Virus record (IMG/VR): IMGVR_UViG_3300025070_000024
Location: 1 to 64,000 of that record
DNA: 64,000 nt
Direction: 5' to 3' (one strand)
DNA from: a virus
Part shown: piece after piece, positions 44,683 through 54,784 of the stretch
How positions within the stretch are numbered: position 1 is the first letter of the stretch
How the letters are laid out: each line of letters begins with the position of its first letter
Made by a program: the position numbers and the translations under genes
Notes under the pieces: model-generated
Told to the model about the DNA's origin: nothing
Seen by the model: the letters and a program-made list of their open reading frames with translations, nothing else
Database searches by the model: none

Positions 44683-45489
44683 TTATGCGTAAGCCTTTAG
44701 TTTGGCTTTTATAGAAGTTAAAACATTGGAGTTCTTCTTATCCTTCAAAAACAAAATTGCTGCCTCCATAGAGTCTCCTAAAGATACATCTCCGTCGAGT
44801 ATTGTATTCCCTACTTTTCTCAATACTTCTGTAGTCAGGCATTCGTTAATCAAAGACGTCAAGTCTAAGTTTTTATCTGTAACGATATCTAGGAAGTACT
44901 GAGGGTTGTCCTCAAGAAGTTCTTCTAACTGCAGCTCCTTCTCCTCAGCTTTTAAGTCTTTTGGTTTGTATCCATAGATAATAAGAACCTTGTCCATACG
45001 GTCAGAGTTGTCAGAAAGCTTGATATACTCCTTGTAAGCACTCTTACGTAAGTCTAAGCCCATCTTAGCCTGCTTCAGCTCTCTGCGGTTATCAGACAAG
45101 TAATACTGATGCTTCTTACTAGCAGACAAGTCTTCTTCATCCTGCACCACATATGGGTGGGCTAAAGCAAATTTGTAGCGAATAAAATCAGCACGGTTCA
45201 AAGGGTAGCCCTCTTCGTCTACTCCAATTTCTAAATCGACACCTCCCATAGGAATTTCCACTGTGAGATTCAGGTAGTAGTCTTTACAGGCTCTACCAAA
45301 GTTTGGGTCTTCTGCGCTTACGCCTAAAACTTCTGGCAGCAACTTTCGCTGTTCCGCAAAAGTCAGACCTCTAATGATATCACCGCTTCCGGTGTAAACA
45401 GATCCAATACGACGTTTGGCTTCGGTGTAAATGTCATCCGGAAGGTTTGTAGGGTTCGGGCGACGGTTAAGTGTAACTATATGTGACAT
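44683..45489 (-). CDS. Conserved crAss-like structural protein following the MCP (portal-vertex/auxiliary-like)
   Basis: Likely start is MSHIVTLNRR at 45489, because the longer start in the track runs through the terminator. Conserved position after the MCP. Confidence 0.6.
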   Translation of the reverse strand: MSHIVTLNRRPNPTNLPDDIYTEAKRRIGSVYTGSGDIIRGLTFAEQRKLLPEVLGVSAEDPNFGRACKDYYLNLTVEIPMGGVDLEIGVDEEGYPLNRADFIRYKFALAHPYVVQDEEDLSASKKHQYYLSDNRRELKQAKMGLDLRKSAYKEYIKLSDNSDRMDKVLIIYGYKPKDLKAEEKELQLEELLEDNPQYFLDIVTDKNLDLTSLINECLTTEVLRKVGNTILDGDVSLGDSMEAAILFLKDKKNSNVLTSIKAKLKAYA

Positions 45490-45520
45490 ATCTATTGTAA
45501 CTAATGGGTTTCTAGGAATG

Positions 45521-45556
45521 AAAAAGGGGAGAGGGTACATTTCCCTCCCCCCTTTC
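45521..45556 (-). terminator. Rho-independent terminator after the major capsid gene
   Basis: On the minus strand a G-rich arm, the loop and a C-rich arm (...GAGGG AAATGTA CCCTCTCCCC) are followed by TTTTT. Confidence 0.8.
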
Positions 45557-45574
45557 TCGGTTTTGTAAGTCTAA

Positions 45575-47005
45575 TTAAGACTTAGTGCACTCTAAGTGCA
45601 AGCAATTGGTAGCGCGACGAATCGCAACACCACACTCCTTCATGAAGTGGACAGAAGATCCGTCAACATCAGTAGCGCGGAGAGCGTTACCACCAAATCC
45701 TGGAGGAACACTAGCACCTGCAACTGCCCAACGAATCAGCTCACGTCCCTTACGAGAAATGTACTGAACATTCTTCTCTCCATCGTATGTGCTCATATCG
45801 AGGAAGATCATCCGATAGCTCTCCATAGGGAGACCAGTGACCGGGTGACGATCAGCATTCAACGCACGAGCACCATGGTCAAACAAGGGCAAGTGGCGAA
45901 CAGTGATGGTATGACCATCAATGTGCTGATAAGAAGTAAAGAAGCCACCAAGCTGCAAGTTGCTTCCGCTTCCGCTGATAAAGCTACCTGGGTCAGTGTT
46001 CTTAATGTATTGTCCTGAGCTAATCTCAGACTTCATAGCATTGTCGAACTCTTCCATTCCACCGATACCAGTGAACAGAACGATGTTCATCTGCTGAGCA
46101 TCGGTAGCTCCATACAGAGCATCACGAACAACAGACTTCAACTTAGAAGCAGTCAACTGAGAGTATGTATCCACGTTAGGAATCTGCTCAAGCACACCAG
46201 AACCAATGGTAATTGGCTTGCCGTTGTCATCCTTCAAGTGAATAAGTCCGTTAGCATCACGGTTGTACTGGCTGTACCACAGTGCATACTCAGACTCTTC
46301 CTTCCAACGCAACATATGCTGATACTCCTCAAAGTCGTACCACAAGTTGGTTGAGCGTCCACCAACATTGAACTCGAAGTTCACAACGCGATCAGGCATG
46401 TTGCCTTCATACGCATAAGACTTACGGATCAAGCTGATTTGGTTACGCATCTTGGAAGGAGCAACCCAATGGCTTTCGTTTCCGCGAGATCCGCTCATTG
46501 CAGCTGGAGCATACAATTGAACAAACATCTTGTTTACGAAAGTGTCAGAAGCAGCAGTTGCTGCACCATCGGAAGCAACAAGCTGAACGCTATACTCATA
46601 GCCGTCGGCTACGGGAGTAGGGTCATCCATCACACGCACTTGAGTTCCATCAGGAGCCTCCAAGATGTATTGACGCACGAACCAACGCTCAGGGAACGTT
46701 AACTTGATCCGGGTGTGGTTTGCACCTTGACCAGATTGTCCAGTACACTCAACAGCCTTGTTCATACGACCCATAACTGGGTAATCGTACTCAACGTCGT
46801 TGATGTATTTAGTAGCGCCCATGCCTTCAGTTAAAAAGCTAAGCGGGAAACGCTTGTCTTCTTGACCAGAGAGATGAGTGATAACAGGAGACAGCACATC
46901 AGGCTGAGTGAGGAGAGCAGCAGCTAAGCTGTTCTCGTCAGTCATCGAGGAGCTGTTAAAGGTGTCTTCGTATAGACGAAGTTTTTTCAAGTTGTCTGCG
47001 GACAT
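45575..47005 (-). CDS. Major capsid protein (crAss-like)
   Basis: 476 aa with MTDENSL, FPLSFLTEG, MRNQISLIRKS, GSGVLEQI, TGIGGMEEFD and FTSYQHIDGH. Strong codon bias, a downstream terminator, and the order portal-scaffold-MCP all fit. Confidence 0.9.
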   Translation of the reverse strand: MSADNLKKLRLYEDTFNSSSMTDENSLAAALLTQPDVLSPVITHLSGQEDKRFPLSFLTEGMGATKYINDVEYDYPVMGRMNKAVECTGQSGQGANHTRIKLTFPERWFVRQYILEAPDGTQVRVMDDPTPVADGYEYSVQLVASDGAATAASDTFVNKMFVQLYAPAAMSGSRGNESHWVAPSKMRNQISLIRKSYAYEGNMPDRVVNFEFNVGGRSTNLWYDFEEYQHMLRWKEESEYALWYSQYNRDANGLIHLKDDNGKPITIGSGVLEQIPNVDTYSQLTASKLKSVVRDALYGATDAQQMNIVLFTGIGGMEEFDNAMKSEISSGQYIKNTDPGSFISGSGSNLQLGGFFTSYQHIDGHTITVRHLPLFDHGARALNADRHPVTGLPMESYRMIFLDMSTYDGEKNVQYISRKGRELIRWAVAGASVPPGFGGNALRATDVDGSSVHFMKECGVAIRRATNCLHLECTKS

Positions 47006-47025
47006 GTGTAGTAATTATATAAAGG

Positions 47026-48138
47026 TTAGAGTAGTTCAGATAAACTGGGCAGCTTATTGCCTTTACTAGAGTTTTGTGTACCACCTTTCATCCGTTTGGA
47101 AGCAGGCTGGTTGTTCTGCAAACGCTTCTTGAGATTCTGAGCCTTTTGAGTTGCTTTAACGCCTTGAACTAACTTGTTCAAGTCAAACTTTTTATAGAGT
47201 AAATACTCCATAGCCAGTTGAGTTTCTAAATCCATTCCTTCTTGATCAAGCATGCGCTGTGTGCGTCCTTGATTGTCTTTGGCATCACTCATCCAAGAAT
47301 AAAACTTAGACTTGTCAGATTCAGGAACTGTGAATCCTCGTAGCTCGCCTTGCTTAATAGTATCTTGAATATTGACCCATTGCTGCTGCACTTGTTGCTG
47401 ATATTGCTCAGCTTCTTTCCTTTGAGACTCAACCACATTTTTGGCTTGGCGCTCTTGAATGACCTTCAATTTAGACAAACCGCGATTAGCATGTTTTTCT
47501 AAAATACCTGCATCAATGTAATCTTGAACAGTTTCTGAAATTTCTTCCTCGCTGTAATTCATCATACGCAGATGTTCTTGAACTACTGCACGTTGGGTGC
47601 TTACGTCGTCTGCTTCAATTTCTAGGGAGTTGTAATCCACTGTTGGTGAAGAAGCTTGGAAGTATTTTTTGGGGTCGCCGCCGTTGTAGCGAAACTGCAA
47701 ATACTCTTGAACATCTGGAAACTGAGAAAATACAGAGTCTAGTTGCTCTTTTGCCATCTCTCCCGCTACAGTTTGAGTAAACTGTGCTACTCCATCGTAG
47801 TCTTCGGTAAAATCGCCTACTACATCGTAACCCATTTTCTCTTTCAGAACATCGATTACCGTAAGGCTATCTGAAGCATCCTCATCTTCTCGCTCAGATT
47901 CGATAGGAGCTTCAGGTGTGTTTTCTGTGTTATCGACTTTTTCAGGTTCTGAAACTTCTTCAGGTTGTTCCGCAACACTTTCTTCTGATACCTCAGCTTC
48001 TGGTAAGGAATTCTCTGCTTCTTCAGGTACCGATGATTCGGCTGAAACCTCCTGTTCTAACACCGGAGCAGGCGCTTTGTCATCAATAAGGTTATTGAAT
48101 GACACTTGGCTTAAATCAAGCTTTATTTCTTCTGACAT
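47026..48138 (-). CDS. Putative scaffolding protein
   Basis: Acidic disordered N-terminus and coiled coil, located between portal and MCP. Confidence 0.65.
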   Translation of the reverse strand: MSEEIKLDLSQVSFNNLIDDKAPAPVLEQEVSAESSVPEEAENSLPEAEVSEESVAEQPEEVSEPEKVDNTENTPEAPIESEREDEDASDSLTVIDVLKEKMGYDVVGDFTEDYDGVAQFTQTVAGEMAKEQLDSVFSQFPDVQEYLQFRYNGGDPKKYFQASSPTVDYNSLEIEADDVSTQRAVVQEHLRMMNYSEEEISETVQDYIDAGILEKHANRGLSKLKVIQERQAKNVVESQRKEAEQYQQQVQQQWVNIQDTIKQGELRGFTVPESDKSKFYSWMSDAKDNQGRTQRMLDQEGMDLETQLAMEYLLYKKFDLNKLVQGVKATQKAQNLKKRLQNNQPASKRMKGGTQNSSKGNKLPSLSELL

Positions 48139-48143
48139 CTATA

Positions 48144-48151
48144 CAAAAGTA
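48144..48151 (-). promoter_or_regulatory. Bacteroidota-type -7 promoter element (TACTTTTG) ahead of scaffold/MCP
   Basis: Exact TAnnTTTG match 5 nt upstream of the ATG, in an AT-rich intergenic gap with a TTG about 22 nt further upstream. Confidence 0.6.
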
Positions 48152-48208
48152 TTATTTATACCAATAATTAGGACAACTCTGAATACCTATAAAAACCTGT
48201 TTATTATA

Positions 48209-50398
48209 TCAACTTTTTGAACGCGCAGCGTCTACTTTCTTACGTTCTATTTCTAATCTTTGACGATCAATGTCGTCTCGCCGACCATTCCCATCCGCAT
48301 CGCTGCTCACTTTAGTAGCGACTTTCATTCGTTCCACCTCTAGTTTGACCACGCGGTCTTTCTCGTTTTGGTCTGCCTCAAATGCCTGCTGCTGATTCTG
48401 AATCTGTTGTTGAGCCTCAGCTACTTGCTGTTGTTGCTGTTGTTGCATCTCTTGTTGCATCTTCTGAAGCTCTTTTTGCTTTTCGTCTACCTCTTGTAAG
48501 AGCTTTTTGACTTTACTGAAGTTGTTACTATCAATAATTTCAGCAACTGTTGCTGGTTGCTGACCATTTTGAGCAAACGCCATAGCCAATCCTTTAAGCT
48601 GTTGCAGCTTATCCATTTCACGACTACTGCTTTTGACAAAGACTCCGTACTCAGACTCTTGATACTCTTCGGGATCGATATTGAGCAAGGCAGTTCTTAA
48701 ATCGCTCGCGACATACGTCATCTTTTTTCCGTCTCTCCAGGCAATCTTGCTTGTGTCTAGCAACCCAGCATACTCACGCTCCATAAAAGCCTCAAACCTT
48801 CTAAATATTTCTTCAGAAATAACTGAAGATTGGAAAATAGCGCGTTCGGTAGTGCCAACGCCGTCTGAAGAATTGACCTGACCCTTACGCTGCCTAGAAA
48901 CACCGACCATTTCTTCCCACTCTGTCTTAATGGCTTGAAGAAGCTGGAACTGGGCAGCGATATATTGCCCCAAAGACATATCCAATACTTGGTACTGGTT
49001 AAATGTAACCCTCTCTCTGTTTTTGCCCTCTGCAGTAGAATCAACAAAAGCAAATCCCATGGCATCAGCGTAGTACATGAATTTTTCCTCATCCCAGCCG
49101 TGTCGTTTTGGGATAGTATTCATTTCCATAAGCATAATCTTGTCCTTGTTTTTAGCAATGGACAATTCTAAGCGGTAGTGGAAGACATTGTACAAGACCT
49201 GGTAGGCCAAGCCCATAGAAATGATAGATATGCTGTCAGAGTGCCTGTTACTGTATACTCTGCCATTGTAGGGCATCTTACACACAGACAAGTTGTTCAT
49301 TTCGTTGCGTTGCACAACATGGGGATTCATACTGACATAAATGTTATTGTCAATTTGATATCCTTCCCAAACCTCATTTACCCAGAAATATTTTATTTCT
49401 TGGCCCTCGTCTTTTTTGTACGTTTCGTCGACCACCATCTCTTGAGGAGATCCCATCTCATCTGTATAGGATAGAATGCCAACTCTAGCAAAACTCTTCC
49501 AACAAACATGAAGCACTTCCACCATCCGATCACTTTCGTCATCTTCCGGCTTGTTGACGAACATGCTTTGGTGTCCTCCGTAGCCATCTCTATATTTTCC
49601 ATGAGGAGCTTCTAAATTGTCGATGTCTTTAGGAGACAGCACATCGTAAAAACGATCAACTACCTCATTTACACTCATAATCTTGCGACGCACAACCCAA
49701 TCAGCGTCTTCAATGTAGTCCGTATCAGGAGACTTCTCATAGTCGATATCCAAGGGGCTTACGACTTGATAGTCCACATCATTCATGCATACATCCTTAT
49801 AGGTGTAGCATTCACCGGCAACTAACCAGTCGAAAAACAATTTTTGAATGTTGTCTTCTAGACCGAGCCAGTCAAAAAGATAGTTCAGTGCTTCCTGACC
49901 TACAATGGCTCTAGAGTCTCTGTAGTTAGAAAGAACTTGTTCCTGATAGTTCTTAGGGTCTTCTTCTGGAGCGTCAGGTTCTTCTCCTTTAGCTTTGCTC
50001 ATCTCTGAAACAAAAATCTGTTCCAGATATTCTTGGTACTGCTTCTGCCGATACTGGTCAAATCGTGATTGTATGTCTGCATTGCGAACAACTACTTGGT
50101 ATGCTTGGGGACGCTTTGCTTTTTCTCCTAGCAGTAAGTCTACGACAGGCTTTAGGATATTATAATTGCGTAATCGCGCAGGGAAGTTCTTCTTAGCCCA
50201 AGCCTCGCTATTGTAGGGGTTTGTAACATAGTTGTAATCAGACTCCTGAATATTACCGTTGTAAGCCTCGTAATACTTTTGAGTAGTATGTTTGGTGCTA
50301 CTACTAAATGCAGACCTATTAATAAAAGCCCTTATAGTGTCTTTAGCCCAATCTTTGGTTTTACGTGATCGGGGGACTTTTTGTTTAGGTATATGCAT
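48209..50398 (-). CDS. Portal protein
   Basis: 729 aa after TerL with FPARLRNYNILKPVVDLLLGE, WVNEVWEG and GVSRQRKGQ, plus a Q-rich coiled C-terminus typical of crAss-like portals. Confidence 0.9.
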   Translation of the reverse strand: MHIPKQKVPRSRKTKDWAKDTIRAFINRSAFSSSTKHTTQKYYEAYNGNIQESDYNYVTNPYNSEAWAKKNFPARLRNYNILKPVVDLLLGEKAKRPQAYQVVVRNADIQSRFDQYRQKQYQEYLEQIFVSEMSKAKGEEPDAPEEDPKNYQEQVLSNYRDSRAIVGQEALNYLFDWLGLEDNIQKLFFDWLVAGECYTYKDVCMNDVDYQVVSPLDIDYEKSPDTDYIEDADWVVRRKIMSVNEVVDRFYDVLSPKDIDNLEAPHGKYRDGYGGHQSMFVNKPEDDESDRMVEVLHVCWKSFARVGILSYTDEMGSPQEMVVDETYKKDEGQEIKYFWVNEVWEGYQIDNNIYVSMNPHVVQRNEMNNLSVCKMPYNGRVYSNRHSDSISIISMGLAYQVLYNVFHYRLELSIAKNKDKIMLMEMNTIPKRHGWDEEKFMYYADAMGFAFVDSTAEGKNRERVTFNQYQVLDMSLGQYIAAQFQLLQAIKTEWEEMVGVSRQRKGQVNSSDGVGTTERAIFQSSVISEEIFRRFEAFMEREYAGLLDTSKIAWRDGKKMTYVASDLRTALLNIDPEEYQESEYGVFVKSSSREMDKLQQLKGLAMAFAQNGQQPATVAEIIDSNNFSKVKKLLQEVDEKQKELQKMQQEMQQQQQQQVAEAQQQIQNQQQAFEADQNEKDRVVKLEVERMKVATKVSSDADGNGRRDDIDRQRLEIERKKVDAARSKS

Positions 50399-50409
50399 TT
50401 TCGGTATTA

Positions 50410-52413
50410 TTAGAAGAAGTCACGATTAAAAAAGCTGTTGGCGTCATTCTGCTCTGCTTTTTCGACTTCTAAATTAGATAAGTCTTTCAAGTGGAACATA
50501 CCTACAAGCATTGCAGATACCCTGTCAAAGTTACCTCTAGAGTTGTATTTAATTAGTTCGTCTATTAATGCAATATCGTATATATAGTGCAAGTTTAACT
50601 TAGCTTCTCCTGTTTCTGTCTTGCCCCTCTTAGTCTTCAACCAGTCTCGTAAGTACAGCTCTGCTTGGCTTTTACGCTCTTTGCTACCCATGCTCATGCC
50701 GTACTTTCTTCCAAGCTTTTTGATTTTAACATTTTCAGATTTGTCAAAAATCTCAGCTTCTGGCATAAGCATATGTAGTTGCTTTGTACGCTTAGCGTAT
50801 GGTATTACTTCTCCCCGGTCATTCTCAAATCCTATACGGGCGTTATAATACTCTGAAAGCAAAAATAGTGAATTATTGTATTCATCCTGAGAATCTGGTC
50901 GTCCTACATAAGATGCTACAATCATATCGTCAGGACTTGAGATAGAATTGACTCTTTTTATTACATAAGCTGCTCCCAAAGAAGTGCCGTAGCCATCTTG
51001 TGCATACGGGTCGTGGACAATAATGTACAGATCGTCAGGTGTAGATCCTTGCGAGTATGGTGCTTGGTAAATCACTACGCATCCTCGGATATCATCTCCT
51101 TTTTGAGCAGGAAACTTTTCTATAGGGCGCAGCATGTCATCTGGCATAAACTTTAGACCTTTTTTGCCTGTGATTAGTTTGCCTGCAACACCAATATTCC
51201 TGTAAGCCCCAGAGCGCATGAGTTCATTGCGCCATTCTAAAAGTTGAGCAGAAGGAAATATGTTAGAGGTGTGCTGCATAAACGCCTCCTTAGGTGTAAA
51301 GGGATACTCTGTAATATGCTTATCTAAAACACCTCCGTCTTTTGTGTCTCTCTTAATCTGCTCACGTCGTGCTTCTTCAGCTTGCTTTGCATTCTCGATA
51401 TTACTGTTGCCCTGGTTGTCCATGTACCCCACCATGTTTTTGTAGGCTGGAAAAAAGAACCCGCAGTTAGAATGCTCTGAGCCATTGTCCCAAGTATTTT
51501 GTACAGGTAAAAGATTGTATGCTAGAGGGTTATAAAACATTGACTCAAAGTCTATAGTTCCACCAGACATGTCTCCACCAGTACCAAACAAAATCATTTG
51601 GCCTGTTGTAATTCCGCCATCCTCAACTGTCGGCTTAGTTGCCAAAAATGAAGCTTTGAGGTTGTCGAAAGCTCCGCACTCCTCGAATATCACAATGCTT
51701 GCATCTTTACCACGAGCTGCATCAGGGTTGTCTTTAAATGTAATGGCTTCGACTTCGGATTTATAGCCCTTCTCAATAGGCTGCCCACCGACGTACTCTA
51801 AAAAGCTAGCCCTTCTGTGATTCTGCTTATCGACAACTTGTCGTCGCTTGCCCCAGCCGGTATGCTCGTTTAAGAAGTTCATATTGTCGGTAACCATAGC
51901 CATGATTCCCTTCGGGTACAAGTACTTTTTGTCAAACGCACAAAGTAAAGTGTAGCTGTTTCGATCATTATTGAACGTGTTAGCTACTAAAGCAGCATTC
52001 TTGTATGAAAATCCCTTACGTCTAGCTTTACCTACTATCAAATGCCGACCTCCAGACATAAACTCAGGGTCGACAACAGTCGAAAGGTTTAAGCTTTTGT
52101 ATTTATCTGCAGTAATGCCTTCTCTGGCAATGTTTTGCAGCCAAAAGTATTCGTAGTCTCCATCCCAGAAGTTTGGGAAAGCAACAATCTTTTTATTTCC
52201 CTTAGCGGTCAGTTTAATCTGAACGAAGTTCAGGTAGAAGTAGTGGTGACCGGTAATGGTTGTGTCTCCTACAGTATAGCCGTGGGTACAACGACGAAGT
52301 CGTTCGGCCCAGTACTCATAATGACCTGCGGTTCCTTCTGGCTGGCTACAATAGTACCCATGCTTCAGGAAGTGTTGAGCGTCACGACAAAACTCTTGAG
52401 TATTGACCAGCAT
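50410..52413 (-). CDS. terL: Terminase large subunit
   Basis: ITGHHYFYLNF, Walker A KARRKGFSY, Walker B IFEECG, GTGG, nuclease HDPY and GNFDRVSA. Confidence 0.95.
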   Translation of the reverse strand: MLVNTQEFCRDAQHFLKHGYYCSQPEGTAGHYEYWAERLRRCTHGYTVGDTTITGHHYFYLNFVQIKLTAKGNKKIVAFPNFWDGDYEYFWLQNIAREGITADKYKSLNLSTVVDPEFMSGGRHLIVGKARRKGFSYKNAALVANTFNNDRNSYTLLCAFDKKYLYPKGIMAMVTDNMNFLNEHTGWGKRRQVVDKQNHRRASFLEYVGGQPIEKGYKSEVEAITFKDNPDAARGKDASIVIFEECGAFDNLKASFLATKPTVEDGGITTGQMILFGTGGDMSGGTIDFESMFYNPLAYNLLPVQNTWDNGSEHSNCGFFFPAYKNMVGYMDNQGNSNIENAKQAEEARREQIKRDTKDGGVLDKHITEYPFTPKEAFMQHTSNIFPSAQLLEWRNELMRSGAYRNIGVAGKLITGKKGLKFMPDDMLRPIEKFPAQKGDDIRGCVVIYQAPYSQGSTPDDLYIIVHDPYAQDGYGTSLGAAYVIKRVNSISSPDDMIVASYVGRPDSQDEYNNSLFLLSEYYNARIGFENDRGEVIPYAKRTKQLHMLMPEAEIFDKSENVKIKKLGRKYGMSMGSKERKSQAELYLRDWLKTKRGKTETGEAKLNLHYIYDIALIDELIKYNSRGNFDRVSAMLVGMFHLKDLSNLEVEKAEQNDANSFFNRDFF

Positions 52414-52976
52414 CAGTCTTCAAACATTCCTTTTTTACCTCCTCCCTTAATCCGAGTATCACTGGCTTGCTCTTTCTTTATTTTCTCTTCTAGGGTCGAG
52501 ATGTTGTCTATTACCTTAGGCAGCTTTTCTCCGATTTCTAGCATTCGTTGCACACTACGCACTAATCCGTCTAAGTCCTCAACTTCATCTTGCTTTAGCT
52601 CTCTCTCTATACGTATACGCAATGTGTCAATAAGCCTTGAACTGGTCAACAAACCTTCACGGATCGAGGTCAGTGTTTTAATTGTTGGAGTCTGTGCAAA
52701 TTTGAGATACTTCTCAATGGCTGCTTGCACTTTGAGATCTGGGACGTAGTCCTCCGCCAAACCTAAATCTTTACTTACCCGGATCAACCGCTCGTCAGAA
52801 GCATAAATAGCATAAGGGCTTTTGTGGTCGTGCATAAAATAGATGTACGCCAACTCCCGCACACAACCTTGCTTACTTTGACTTCTGTCACGTTTATACA
52901 AAGCTTTGAACTCTGGTATCAGCTGCACTTCGGGGTCAGGAACGACCTTAAACTTTTCTTCTCTTAGTAAGCGCAT
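52413..52976 (-). CDS. Conserved protein upstream of TerL, possibly the terminase small subunit
   Basis: Helical 187-aa protein coupled to terL. Confidence 0.5.
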   Translation of the reverse strand: MRLLREEKFKVVPDPEVQLIPEFKALYKRDRSQSKQGCVRELAYIYFMHDHKSPYAIYASDERLIRVSKDLGLAEDYVPDLKVQAAIEKYLKFAQTPTIKTLTSIREGLLTSSRLIDTLRIRIERELKQDEVEDLDGLVRSVQRMLEIGEKLPKVIDNISTLEEKIKKEQASDTRIKGGGKKGMFED

Positions 52977-53181
52977 GATTGAGGTTGTATAAACGCCTAG
53001 GTTTCACATAAAACTTGCCTAAGTATGGCATACGTACTTGAGAAAAGTCTCCCTTCTCCATAGTCTGGCAAAGAAACTTAAACTGGCTCTCTACTATATC
53101 CTGAATCTCTACCAGGCTCCCACCATTCTCCTCTACAATCTCTAAGCAGATTTCTTTTTTTATTTTATTCGTTCTAGCCAT
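52948..53181 (-). CDS. IHF/HU-like DNA-binding protein
   Basis: IVESQFKF...VRMPYLGKFYVK fits the HU/IHF pattern. Confidence 0.7.
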   Translation of the reverse strand: MARTNKIKKEICLEIVEENGGSLVEIQDIVESQFKFLCQTMEKGDFSQVRMPYLGKFYVKPRRLYNLNHALTKRRKV

Positions 53182-53315
53182 ATATAGTATAGTCTAATAA
53201 ATAGCAAAACTCCCCTATAGAAAGTTGACTGTCGTACTGCACACATTGAAGACTCATCAGAGATGCTATACGCATCTCAAAACTCAGAACTACGTCCAGG
53301 TCGTACAGCTCATAA

Positions 53316-53663
53316 CTAAGCTGGTACTTTGGAGTCTGAGAAGATGAACTTAAAGGTAATGGAGTCAAGATCAGAGGGGGGTTTAACAATAGGTATATAG
53401 CGGTAGACTCCTTTAGAATCCTTACCAATAATTTTCTTGTCCTTCAAGCTCTTTACGTAGTTGTTTAATACACTTACGCTTTTGAAGTTCATAGCATCAG
53501 AAACATACTTCCTAGAAGCCATGCTACATGCCACCTCTGGGTCGTACTCTATGAACAACACTAATGAGTCTAACTCCCGTGGAGTCAACCTCAAAATACC
53601 ATTAAGTAATTCTAAGTAGTTCCTTAGAAAGTTCTTCTTACTTGTCCGAATACTCAGCTCCAT
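53316..53663 (-). CDS. Winged-HTH protein (RepL-like)
   Basis: LTPRELD...LNNYVKSLKDKKII...YIP is a wHTH pattern. Confidence 0.55.
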   Translation of the reverse strand: MELSIRTSKKNFLRNYLELLNGILRLTPRELDSLVLFIEYDPEVACSMASRKYVSDAMNFKSVSVLNNYVKSLKDKKIIGKDSKGVYRYIPIVKPPSDLDSITFKFIFSDSKVPA

Positions 53664-53946
53664 TTTGCTCTTGATATTTTGCTACTCTGTCAATCTTACG
53701 ATTCAATCTCTTCTTGAACAGATTCCTCACATTCTTCAGTAGAAGAATACAACACTGGTTCTCGACAGAAAAGTTTTTCTTCTGTAGTTCATACAACCTG
53801 TCAATTAACATAGACACTACCTCCTCATTGGTAGTTCCAGAGTTGTATGCAGATCCCTGCTTCTCAGTAAACCTTACAGTTTGATACTCAGTCTCAGACT
53901 TAAAATTATGTAGTCTGTATTCGATACCTGGCTTTACAACATCCAT
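53638..53946 (-). CDS. Acb2/Tad1-like hairpin protein (putative immune-signal sponge)
   Basis: GTTNEEVVSMLIDRL...FSVENQCCI resembles the G.TNE...IDRL...F.CREN..A pattern of Tad1/Acb2-family phage proteins. Confidence 0.55.
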   Translation of the reverse strand: MDVVKPGIEYRLHNFKSETEYQTVRFTEKQGSAYNSGTTNEEVVSMLIDRLYELQKKNFSVENQCCILLLKNVRNLFKKRLNRKIDRVAKYQEQNGAEYSDK

Positions 53947-54034
53947 AGCAGTTCTGTTCAAGTATAAATATAAAACTTCTATATAATACTACCGCATTGC
54001 CTAGGGTCATGTCAGCTTAGTATAGAGGTTTCTA

Positions 54035-54184
54035 TTATTCTGTGTAAACAAGCTGCGCTATAGTATGGTCTACAAATTCGCCTGAATAGGTGTAAGCCAA
54101 AATCAACTCAGAGTCATTAGGCAGAGTATACGCAACAAATATTGCCCCCTCTACCACAGCTATCCCCTCTAAAAATTTTAGCAT
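54035..54184 (-). CDS. Hypothetical 49-aa protein, first gene of the late strand
   Basis: MLKFLEGIAVVEGAIFVAYTLPNDSELILAYTYSGEFVDHTIAQLVYTE, with a promoter element immediately upstream. Confidence 0.5.
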   Translation of the reverse strand: MLKFLEGIAVVEGAIFVAYTLPNDSELILAYTYSGEFVDHTIAQLVYTE

Positions 54185-54188
54185 GTTC

Positions 54189-54196
54189 CAAAGATA
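54189..54196 (-). promoter_or_regulatory. Bacteroidota-type -7 promoter element (TATCTTTG) at the strand switch
   Basis: Exact TAnnTTTG match 4 nt before ATG 54184. Confidence 0.55.
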
Positions 54197-54299
54197 TGAG
54201 TTTGAGTACCACCACGATTTAACTCCCCCCACCAAAAACGGACAAGAACCACCCCCCTGCTCCGCCTGCAAAGGCAATGACAAACCCAAATTCAACAAC

Positions 54300-54629
54300 A
54301 TGATTGAAATTAATTCTCTCAGAGCACAGCTCGTCAAAAAGATTGGCGATAACAAGAAGAATGGTCAGAAGTACAAGAAAAACGTTTTCGTTATTCATGC
54401 ACCGAACCATCCTGCGCCGGAAGGACTATGCATTATCGATGCCTTTCATACCAAGGCTCTTTACCAAATGATTGGTGAGGCCAAGGTGGACAGGCTGAGA
54501 CAAGGCGTAAACTTTCCTGCAGTGCAGCAGACGAATGATGGCGATTGGATGCGCATCACAGTGCGTCCGAAGGTTAACGACCCTAGAAAGTCGTACTTCG
54601 ACATCACACCCTGCTCAGCTCCTAAGTGA
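54300..54629 (+). CDS. Hypothetical early protein, 109 aa
   Basis: ATG at 54300 follows an A/C-rich leader. First plus-strand gene. Confidence 0.55.
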   Translation: MIEINSLRAQLVKKIGDNKKNGQKYKKNVFVIHAPNHPAPEGLCIIDAFHTKALYQMIGEAKVDRLRQGVNFPAVQQTNDGDWMRITVRPKVNDPRKSYFDITPCSAPK

Positions 54630-54633
54630 TTAC

Positions 54634-54722
54634 GGGGGGCTAACAACCCCCTTAACGCATCACTATCATCAGCACGACAACACTGCATGCATTCTCATAC
54701 CAGGGAGTGTGTGCAGTGTTTT
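54634..54722 (+). terminator. Two tandem hairpins, terminator-like
   Basis: GGGGGG-CTAACAA-CCCCC-TT, then AACACTGCATGCATTCTC...GGAGTGTGTGCAGTGTT-TT (54679-54722). Confidence 0.5.
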
Positions 54723-54784
54723 CAATGAATTTGGGTATTCAACACGACAAAACTTTCATTGATATAAACTTTACAACTACTCTC

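Noticed and set aside
50410-52413. Introns or inteins in terL (also considered for polA and the MCP)
   Set aside because: The ORFs are continuous, of normal length, and show no intein or homing-endonuclease motifs.
53174-53428. 84-aa minus-strand ORF between the HTH and IHF genes
   Set aside because: The 3' part may be a real small gene, but the start is ambiguous and it overlaps the upstream gene heavily. Support is insufficient.
54183-54299. N-terminal extension of the first early ORF containing CxxC
   Set aside because: It overlaps the divergent promoter and C-tract region. ATG 54300 is more plausible.
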